A stretch of 25,382 nt of DNA, from the IMG/VR virus record IMGVR_UViG_3300044724_000139, positions 1 to 25,382 of that record; one strand, 5' to 3'. This document shows positions 7,629-15,063 of this stretch, one piece after another. Made by a program: the position numbers and the translations under genes. Positions within the stretch are counted from its first letter, which is position 1. The number at the start of each line of letters is the position of its first letter. The notes beneath the pieces were generated by a model. The model ran no database searches, was not told the origin of the DNA, and saw nothing but the letters and a program-made list of their open reading frames with translations. Source of the stretch: a virus (Duplodnaviria > Caudoviricetes).

Positions 7629-8833
7629 TATGAATCTTCTTCGTCAGGACGTAACATAGGACGTGGTGATGTACCTCTAGTATTACCTGATGGTACACTG
7701 CCTTTGGCGTTTTCTAATACTTTTATTGTTTCTGCTACTGTGTGTTGTGCCTTATTACCACCCTTACCTCCAGACGCATAAAAAGAATCACCTGCTTTTA
7801 AGTCTACTTTAGGCCACTTACCATCAGCATAAGTGCCTTTTTTTATAGCATAAGGAACAGGTATAGACGCAAACTCCATAGCTAAATCTAACATAGCTCT
7901 GTTCGTACTTACGTCACCTATGTTTTTTAAGTAGTTACTTAGTCTTTTACGGCCTGGTTTTTCCGACACAAGATATAAACCTACCCTCTCTTGTACTTCA
8001 GGCGAAAACACTGTATCACCTGATAGACCTAAAGCCTCTACAGCCATAGGGAATGTTCTGTTGTCTGTCTGGTATTTACCTACAGCAAAAAGCCTATCCT
8101 TATTATTGGGGTCTGTTATAGCTTGGTATTTTAAAATCTCATCTACTGTTAGCTCACTTATCTTTTTACCACCACGTGATGCTACCATTTGTGAGCCTAC
8201 AATCTTATCTGTTGTACCTTCCTTTATTGTACCTCTGTTAGCTGAATCATATCCACCTTCACCAGATGCAATAAAGTCTAATAGTTCTTTCCCATCGGTA
8301 GGCTGCACCCCGTCAGCGCTATCATCATCAGGCTTAGACATAAGACCTTTAGTTTCAATAGTACCAGGATCAATCTCTTCTGCCATTTTATACAGAGGCT
8401 CTTCATTGGATAGCTTACCTTCTTCCGTATCTGTAACGTCAACCAAACGCATTCCGCTTCTGTCTAACGCTTCGTTACCGATGGTATCTACTTCTAGCTC
8501 AAACGGCTCACGGCTACCCATCTCAGGCTTTTCAGGTGCACCTTCAATGACAGGCTCCGATATACGTGACGGTAAGTTAACACTCTTCAGCGTTTGTAGT
8601 GCGTCATCCATGTCATACGAAGGTTGTTCAGGTGCTTTAGTTAAAGCTTTCTTACCTTCATCTTCATCACCGAAGTAACCCTGTAGTAGCCCATAGAACA
8701 TATCTGCCCAGCCATCTGCTTCAGGTTCTTCTTTCTTAGGTTGAACGCCTATACCTTTTCGAGGTTCCTGCTTAAAGCGAGTGCCCATCTCTACTGGTTC
8801 ATCTAGGTCTAGTTTGTATGTATATTCTACCAT
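7628..8833 (-). CDS. Lysozyme-fold peptidoglycan hydrolase / lytic transglycosylase (lambda R-like) with a long acidic N-terminal extension
   Basis: C-terminal half LLDFIASGEGGY (candidate catalytic Glu)...LTVDEILKYQ...AVGKYQ...FSPEVQE fits the lambda-lysozyme-like A(A/V)G(R/K)YQ and FSPxxQ(D/E) motifs. The first ~180 aa are D/E/P-rich. Confidence 0.8.
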   Translation of the reverse strand: MVEYTYKLDLDEPVEMGTRFKQEPRKGIGVQPKKEEPEADGWADMFYGLLQGYFGDEDEGKKALTKAPEQPSYDMDDALQTLKSVNLPSRISEPVIEGAPEKPEMGSREPFELEVDTIGNEALDRSGMRLVDVTDTEEGKLSNEEPLYKMAEEIDPGTIETKGLMSKPDDDSADGVQPTDGKELLDFIASGEGGYDSANRGTIKEGTTDKIVGSQMVASRGGKKISELTVDEILKYQAITDPNNKDRLFAVGKYQTDNRTFPMAVEALGLSGDTVFSPEVQERVGLYLVSEKPGRKRLSNYLKNIGDVSTNRAMLDLAMEFASIPVPYAIKKGTYADGKWPKVDLKAGDSFYASGGKGGNKAQHTVAETIKVLENAKGSVPSGNTRGTSPRPMLRPDEEDS

Positions 8834-8842
8834 TGGATTACC

Positions 8843-11800
8843 TTATATGAGTTCAGCTACGATTGCACCTGCTGCTGTCGCTAGTGCAGCAGACTTAGAT
8901 GCAGCGCTTGCGGTTGCAGAAGCTTCGTTACGCATTGTCTGTAGTGCAATCTCTGTAGCACGGTCAGCGTTGTTGTTAGCTGTTTGGAATGCGTAGCTCA
9001 TAGCGTCACGCTCAGCTTGCTTTTGGGCTTCATAAGCTGCCATTGATGCTTGGTTCGCTGCTAGTGCTTCAGCACGGTTTGCTTCATTTATTGCAGCAGT
9101 TTCAGTTAGTGTTATCTCTTGATCCCACTTAGCATTAGCTTGTCCGATAATCAAAGCATTAGTTGCATTAAACTCTTCACGTCTAGCTTTTAGATCGTTG
9201 TTGAACTGAGTCATAGCATTTACAGCTTCTGTGTTAAACATCTCAACAGCATTCTTTTGATCTACGTTGAACTGTTGAACAGTAGAGATCAAGCTATCAT
9301 AGAACTGGTTAGTTTGATTCTCCGATGTAGCATTAAACTGTGCTGCAGCATTTGTAGCAGCAGCATCACTTAAGATAGATTGGATATTACCTTCACTCTT
9401 AAATATTGCTACTTGCTGCTCTCTGTCTAAGTTAGACATATCAAACTCAAGGAATGCATTAGCTTGTTGTACAGCAGCCTGTTGACGGTTGTTTAAGTTT
9501 TGTGTTTGTATTTGTGTCATAGCTGCAGCATCGGATAACATCTTAGCGTTCTTAGCATCTAAGTTAGCCAAGTCTACAGTATTAGCTAGTCGAGCATTCT
9601 CTAGAGCAATCTGTACTTCAGCAGTAAAGTTCTGGTTAGCAATGTCACTGATCTTAGCAGCGTTTTGTACACGTGTCTGGAATGCTTGGTCAAACTCCAT
9701 GCCAAGGAACTTAGCACGTTGTTCAGCTTTCATCATTGCAGCCTGTTGACGGTTAGACAAGTTCTGTGCTTCAAAGGAAGCCACAGTCTGTGCGTCTGCC
9801 ATAGCGATAGGCATTGCTGATTCCATAGCAGCCTGTACGATAGCTTGACCTGCCATACTTGAAGCAGCTAGACCACGTGCAGCCATGCGCTGGGTAGCGG
9901 CTCTCATAGCACCAGCAGCCCATGCAGGTGTTTCACCACCCTCAAAGTCTTCCATCAAGCCAGTAAGCTGACCTTGTACAGTAGCCTCTGTAGATGGTGT
10001 ACCTGTGACAGCTTCAAAGTTAAGAGCTTCTTCTTCAAGGCGTTCCATATCTACAGTTGGGCCTTCAATAAGTTCACCCTCTTGTAGTGTACGCTCTGCA
10101 GGAGCTTTAACTTGTACAGCTTCTTCAATCTGTGCAGCAGTTAGACCTAGTTGTGCTAGTTGTTCAGGGTCCATAGTTTGCGCTTCAGCTAGTGCATCTT
10201 CGCTTGGCTTACCTGTTGCAGCAGTCAGTTTGTCTAGTGTTGCTTGTACTTTTGCTTCAGTTTCTTCTGCTGTGTAAGTAGCAGCATCAGCAGCTACAGG
10301 TACGTCTACTTGTTCAGCGGCTGCAGCTTGTGCTGCTTCTGTTGTAGCTACTTCACCAGCTTGACCAACAGTCTCATCAATCATGCCAGACTGACGAGCT
10401 TCTTCACTTACTGTAGCAACATCTGCTTTAGTAACTGATCCACTTGGGTCTGCTTCAAACTTAGTAGTACGCTCTATGCTACCTTGTTTTTTCTCTGCAG
10501 ATTGTTGTTGCTGAGCCGTAGTAAGTTCTGCTTTAGCTTGATTTAGTTTGACTTGTTCGTCAGCAATACGCTTCTCATAGTCAGCACGACGAGGATCATC
10601 TGCATCAAGTGCAGCTAGCTGTTTATTGTATGTACCAATAAGGTTAGTACTTACGTTAACAGCATCTTGTGAAGCCTTAATGTTTTCAGTTACAGGAGCT
10701 TGTGATTTCTCTTGTGCAGCACCTGTAGTGTACTGGTTGTACATGTCTACGTTTTGTTGATACTGTTGCTGTCCAGCTTGATAGCCTTTATAAATGTCGC
10801 TATCTTTATACCCTTTTACAGACTCAGCAATCGCTTTTGCATCGGCCTCAACGCTAGCTGGTTGTCTTACAGTTGATTTTACTGTTTGACCATTGTCAAA
10901 GGTAATAGTCCAGTTACCACTACCACCAGTAATAGTATAGTTGCTAGCGTCTTCTGGTAAGTCTCCACTCTTTAATAAGCTTTCAACGCCTGTTTTAAGA
11001 TGAGACCTTTCACCTACACCTGTAGTTTCTAAATAAGGAGTAACATCAGGGGCTTCAGGCGCAGTAGGTAAACCTTGTGAAGGGTCATATGCAGGTACTT
11101 CTGGTTGTGTTTCATCTACAACAGTACCACCTTCTTGATAGCCTTGTAAGCGATTCTCGTATTGAGGTTGTGCATAGAGGCTAAAATCTTCAGGACGTAA
11201 ATCACCAAGCATGTCCCGCATTTGACCGTCACGTGCTGCTGCATTAGCTGCATTGAACGCATCTTCAGGCCTCATAGGTTTAACAGTAGTGTTACGTGGG
11301 TCATAAACCTGTGGTGTTCCTGGGTAAGGATTTTGAATAAGCTGTGGTTGTGCTATAGCTTGACGAGGCACTCCAGTAGGCATAGGACGCTGCTCCATGA
11401 CATACTGCATAGCTTGTTGCTGATTGTCTAGGTTAGTTTTTACAACTTTACCTTGAGCGTTAACAACCTCGAATGAACCTGTCTGTGGGTTTTGACGTAC
11501 ACGCATTTGTGGCTGCTGTACAGGCTGTGCTAATGGACGTTGTACTAGAGGCTGAAGCTGCCCTTGGTTGAACGTTCTCACTCTATCTTGCATCTGTTGA
11601 TTGAAAGCGTTTTGGGCATCTTGAGCAGCTTTTATCTCAGGGCTAGCTGCTACCTTGGTTTGGAAAATAGTATTAAGTCTATCTGCTTCTTCTTTGTTTT
11701 GTGGAGCTTGAGTTAGACCTGCTTCAAGCATAGCCTCTTGCTGTAGTCTTTTACCTGCTTCGTTAGCAGCCATAAAAACATCACGATTTGCCGATTCAAA

Positions 11801-12250
11801 CTGCTGACGTTCAGCATTTAAAAGCAGGGTTTGCTCTTCAGTAGAGCCTATCATAGCAGGTGTTGGTGCTAGACCCGGATTAACCATTGGCTGTGGGCGC
11901 ACTGTTTGTTTAATAGCTTCAGCTTGTGCAGTATTAGCCGCAGCAATCTGTGGGTCTTGTGTGTCAGCCATTTGGTCAGCAGCAGTTTGTTGTGCTGTGG
12001 CAGCATCAGCTAAGCTTTGACCTGGTTTAATCTCTAGAGGTACATCACCACCAACGTGCATAGCCATCTGTGGGCCACCCTCTACACGAGCCTTAGCCAT
12101 TTGTGCATACTTGCCCATCATAGATGCAGCTTTAGGGCTAGACATCATGAACTTGTTAATGTCATCCTGTTGCGCTGGGCCTGTGTAACCCATCTTAGAT
12201 AACAGTGTTTGTTGTTGCTGTGGTGTGAATCCACCAAACTTCTTAGCCAT
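8843..12250 (-). CDS. Large Ala/Gln-rich internal virion protein, 1135 aa
   Basis: Extended Q/A/N-rich coiled coil with QFN/EFN periodicity near the C-terminus, hydrophobic C-terminal end (ALATAAGAIVAELI), no cysteine. Composition resembles DNA-pilot/ejection proteins. Confidence 0.65.
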   Translation of the reverse strand: MAKKFGGFTPQQQQTLLSKMGYTGPAQQDDINKFMMSSPKAASMMGKYAQMAKARVEGGPQMAMHVGGDVPLEIKPGQSLADAATAQQTAADQMADTQDPQIAAANTAQAEAIKQTVRPQPMVNPGLAPTPAMIGSTEEQTLLLNAERQQFESANRDVFMAANEAGKRLQQEAMLEAGLTQAPQNKEEADRLNTIFQTKVAASPEIKAAQDAQNAFNQQMQDRVRTFNQGQLQPLVQRPLAQPVQQPQMRVRQNPQTGSFEVVNAQGKVVKTNLDNQQQAMQYVMEQRPMPTGVPRQAIAQPQLIQNPYPGTPQVYDPRNTTVKPMRPEDAFNAANAAARDGQMRDMLGDLRPEDFSLYAQPQYENRLQGYQEGGTVVDETQPEVPAYDPSQGLPTAPEAPDVTPYLETTGVGERSHLKTGVESLLKSGDLPEDASNYTITGGSGNWTITFDNGQTVKSTVRQPASVEADAKAIAESVKGYKDSDIYKGYQAGQQQYQQNVDMYNQYTTGAAQEKSQAPVTENIKASQDAVNVSTNLIGTYNKQLAALDADDPRRADYEKRIADEQVKLNQAKAELTTAQQQQSAEKKQGSIERTTKFEADPSGSVTKADVATVSEEARQSGMIDETVGQAGEVATTEAAQAAAAEQVDVPVAADAATYTAEETEAKVQATLDKLTAATGKPSEDALAEAQTMDPEQLAQLGLTAAQIEEAVQVKAPAERTLQEGELIEGPTVDMERLEEEALNFEAVTGTPSTEATVQGQLTGLMEDFEGGETPAWAAGAMRAATQRMAARGLAASSMAGQAIVQAAMESAMPIAMADAQTVASFEAQNLSNRQQAAMMKAEQRAKFLGMEFDQAFQTRVQNAAKISDIANQNFTAEVQIALENARLANTVDLANLDAKNAKMLSDAAAMTQIQTQNLNNRQQAAVQQANAFLEFDMSNLDREQQVAIFKSEGNIQSILSDAAATNAAAQFNATSENQTNQFYDSLISTVQQFNVDQKNAVEMFNTEAVNAMTQFNNDLKARREEFNATNALIIGQANAKWDQEITLTETAAINEANRAEALAANQASMAAYEAQKQAERDAMSYAFQTANNNADRATEIALQTMRNEASATASAASKSAALATAAGAIVAELI

Positions 12251-12262
12251 AATGTTTATACC

Positions 12263-12517
12263 TTATTTATTCATTGACATCCATACTGCGCCAGCGATGA
12301 ATGTTAGTACGGCTGCAGTTACAATACGGGTTACTGTAGTCCAGACAGACTTGCGTGTGTCACGCCATGCCTCTAGTAAGCCACGCATTTCAGTAATATC
12401 TCTGTGAGCATCGTCATCTAGTAGACCGATAGAGCGTAGAGCTTCTTTAGCTCCACGTCTAGCAGCACGATCTAGCATAGCTTCTAGCTCGTCATGTGTT
12501 AGCTTAATGTCCGACAT
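12263..12517 (-). CDS. Small single-TM protein (DUF6127-like, possible holin/antiholin)
   Basis: ELEAMLDRAARRGAKEAL..IGL.D..A..DI.EMRGLLEAWR followed by one C-terminal TM helix. Pattern recalled from alphaproteobacterial phage/prophage proteins. Confidence 0.6.
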   Translation of the reverse strand: MSDIKLTHDELEAMLDRAARRGAKEALRSIGLLDDDAHRDITEMRGLLEAWRDTRKSVWTTVTRIVTAAVLTFIAGAVWMSMNK

Positions 12518-12527
12518 GGCCTAACTC

Positions 12528-13022
12528 TTATGGTTTAGTAGGCCAATCGGCTTCTTCTAGGTGAGGCCAGTTAGCATGTGTAGTAATGTCACGTAAAGCT
12601 TGACGGTAAGCTGTTTGTTCAGCAGTCATAGTCAAGTCGGATGATGCCCACCAATCTGTTTCAGCAATTAAGCGATCACGTTCATTGCGGTTACGTTCTT
12701 CTGCATCACTGTCAAGACGAGCTTGATACTCAGCTTCTTGTTCAGCTTTAGTGCCTAACTCTGGGTCATCACTGAACATGTCAGCAATTTCCCAAGCCTC
12801 AACCCAGTTGCCATTAGCATCCTGTGTGACACCATTACGGCGCACTGTTTGATATGCACCAATGCCCTCTGTAGGCTGGGGCGCAGCTAAAACAGGATCA
12901 ACATTCAGCGCGTCAAATACATTGTCATTCCATACTTTTGGCATAGACATGTTAGAGTTTTCTTTGCGCAACTGTCCTTGAGATTTTAACTCACCAGTTG
13001 TGCGATCACGATATTCAGTCAT
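12528..13022 (-). CDS. Tail fibre assembly chaperone
   Basis: C-terminal R..RDRLIAETDWW..SD......YRQALRDIT....WP.....WPTKP is the phage tail assembly chaperone signature. AAGGAG SD upstream. Confidence 0.85.
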   Translation of the reverse strand: MTEYRDRTTGELKSQGQLRKENSNMSMPKVWNDNVFDALNVDPVLAAPQPTEGIGAYQTVRRNGVTQDANGNWVEAWEIADMFSDDPELGTKAEQEAEYQARLDSDAEERNRNERDRLIAETDWWASSDLTMTAEQTAYRQALRDITTHANWPHLEEADWPTKP

Positions 13023-13077
13023 TAGTTGATACTCCTTTTATGACCTTGAGTAGCACGTGAGTGCGTTGCGTATGCGG

Positions 13078-15057
13078 TTATGCGACTGCATAGAATATAA
13101 AATCATTACCATTATAATTAACAGCATTAGCTGATGCTGTTAAGGTAAAGCCACTGTTATGAGGTTGCAGCATATCATAACCGTATGCGCTTTCAGCTAG
13201 CTCTGCGCCAGTGCTATTTAATTGTAATACACCATCACTTGATGTAGATGTTATACCTCTTTCACTATCCCATACCATCCAGTTGCCTGTGCCACTTGTC
13301 TCTTTAATTAATACAAATCTAGCTCCTGAACTAAAGCCGCAGTCTATTGTTTGACTTGCACCTGTACCAGTATAACTCCCCACCTTGGATATGCCATCAA
13401 GTGAGGCAAATAGGTAGGCTATGTGTTCGGAGCCAGATTGATTTGCAATATTAGCATATGTCCCTACTGTAAATTGTGTATCTGTCGGTGTTGTTGATCC
13501 CCACATAGAGGTGTTTGTGAAGTCACCCTGACTATCATTTAAGAATAAAACTTCTTGGTTACCAAGGTCTGCATGATAGACACCCCAATAGGTGCCAGCA
13601 GTACTTCTATTCTTAATCCATATCATCTCAGGCGCAACACCAAGGCTATGGCTTATATTGCGACCCGCTGTTCCGTTCCCCTTGTAAGAAACGACATCAA
13701 AGTACTTAGGCGCTCGTCTCCACATCCAAGAGTACTGATTGGCATTTACTGATGTTTGGTAATTGTAGCCGTCCTGATAATCAAATTGATCCGCACCGCT
13801 TCCAGTATCTTCTGCGGTTGTGCCATTGGTACGCAAAGATGAACCGTTCATTAGACGGCTTAAAAGTTCCCAGTTACTTGTTGTATTTACTGTCTTACGC
13901 AAAGCCATATCTACTGGAAATCCAGAAGTGTACCTTGGAGGGGTAGGTGATGTACCACCTGAAGTATCAATAGAAAACACATCAGTCGCACTCTCAGGCA
14001 CCGCCATTGGGCCACGGCGTATGGCTATGTAGATGTATTCATTACTACCGTTACCGATGTAAGGTGTATTATTTCTTACCTGAAAACCTGTTGGTGTCAT
14101 CCAAAACCCGCGAAAATAGTTTGCTTCGTATAAGCTCGAGTTTGCTTGGAGAAAATTATCATTACCTCCCGTATTTTGAAGTCCTCGCATACTGTCATGC
14201 ATTATCCAATCGTATGATTGACTTATGTTTTTCACAAGAAGGAATTGCGGCTCAAAACCTAAATTAACTTCAAAGGAACCATCCTCACTGCCATCAGCCG
14301 TATAACTCCCACACTTGATAATGTCCTGATCTCCTGTAGGGCCGAACTCACCGTCACTGTTATTGTGGGCGAATACATAAGCAATAAATGTGCCTCCATT
14401 AACGTTAACGTCATTACCATTAGTAGTGCCTTCTCGCACCGTGAATGTTGTACTTGTAAAGTCACTGGCGAACAATTTGCCTTTTGTTTGCGGCATACCT
14501 GCAAGATTAGTATTTTGATTTAAAAAAAGAAATCCATTAGGTATACTTCTGTGAGCGAAATACCAAGCATAATTGGAAGATGTGGACTTAACTATTACCG
14601 CGCCAGGGGTAGTACCAAGATTGTGTGAGATGGTTTTGCTTGCTTGACCATCCCCAGTATAGGTCACTATATCAAAAAACTTAGGGGCTTTGCGGAATGT
14701 CCAAGAAACGTAGTTTTTGCCGTTGTTGTTCACATACGCATATGTGTCTGTACCTAAAGAGTAACCATTAGAATTAAATGAAGTGATAGCATTATTAAAG
14801 GTGGTTATTTCCGCATTAGCACTGTCAGTTCGCAGCCACCCAGAGATGCCACGTTCAGTATCAATAAGATTGTGATAATATCCATTCGTGTCTCTATTCT
14901 TAGTCCAAACCAATCCACCTTCGCCATTAAGGTCAATGCCATTGGTAATCGTTTGTGCAGCACTAGTTCCGTCATAGATAAAAGTGCTAAACACATCCTC
15001 AACATTTACAACGTCACCACCTGCTGCAGTCATCATTAACTTTTTAATGTTGCTCAT
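13078..15057 (-). CDS. Fibre-associated adhesin / receptor-binding protein with tandem ~110-aa beta repeats, 659 aa
   Basis: Repeated units (F..vtYtG.G....I.h.LG..P....iK...W...d..rG...L..n). The two halves are paralogous (RKAPKFFDIVTYTGDG vs RRAPKYFDVVSYKGNG; IIKCGSYT vs ISKVGSYT). Located between a fibre gene and the chaperone gene. Confidence 0.7.
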   Translation of the reverse strand: MSNIKKLMMTAAGGDVVNVEDVFSTFIYDGTSAAQTITNGIDLNGEGGLVWTKNRDTNGYYHNLIDTERGISGWLRTDSANAEITTFNNAITSFNSNGYSLGTDTYAYVNNNGKNYVSWTFRKAPKFFDIVTYTGDGQASKTISHNLGTTPGAVIVKSTSSNYAWYFAHRSIPNGFLFLNQNTNLAGMPQTKGKLFASDFTSTTFTVREGTTNGNDVNVNGGTFIAYVFAHNNSDGEFGPTGDQDIIKCGSYTADGSEDGSFEVNLGFEPQFLLVKNISQSYDWIMHDSMRGLQNTGGNDNFLQANSSLYEANYFRGFWMTPTGFQVRNNTPYIGNGSNEYIYIAIRRGPMAVPESATDVFSIDTSGGTSPTPPRYTSGFPVDMALRKTVNTTSNWELLSRLMNGSSLRTNGTTAEDTGSGADQFDYQDGYNYQTSVNANQYSWMWRRAPKYFDVVSYKGNGTAGRNISHSLGVAPEMIWIKNRSTAGTYWGVYHADLGNQEVLFLNDSQGDFTNTSMWGSTTPTDTQFTVGTYANIANQSGSEHIAYLFASLDGISKVGSYTGTGASQTIDCGFSSGARFVLIKETSGTGNWMVWDSERGITSTSSDGVLQLNSTGAELAESAYGYDMLQPHNSGFTLTASANAVNYNGNDFIFYAVA

Positions 15058-15063
15058 TATTTA

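Noticed and set aside
1584-11431. Short plus-strand ORFs opposite the internal virion genes (e.g. 6628-7050, 8061-8678) and the alternate-frame minus ORFs 6620-6853 and 7495-7698
   Set aside because: They lie downstream of the plus-strand terminator or nested in better-supported genes. The nested minus ORFs were considered as embedded o-spanins, but no convincing signal peptide plus lipobox was seen.
14521-14528. In-frame T_TTT_TTA slippery heptamer in the 659-aa adhesin gene (minus strand)
   Set aside because: The -1 frame stops after about four codons (AAA TCA AAA TAC TAA) in mid-repeat and no stimulatory structure was evident; expected by chance in AT-rich sequence.
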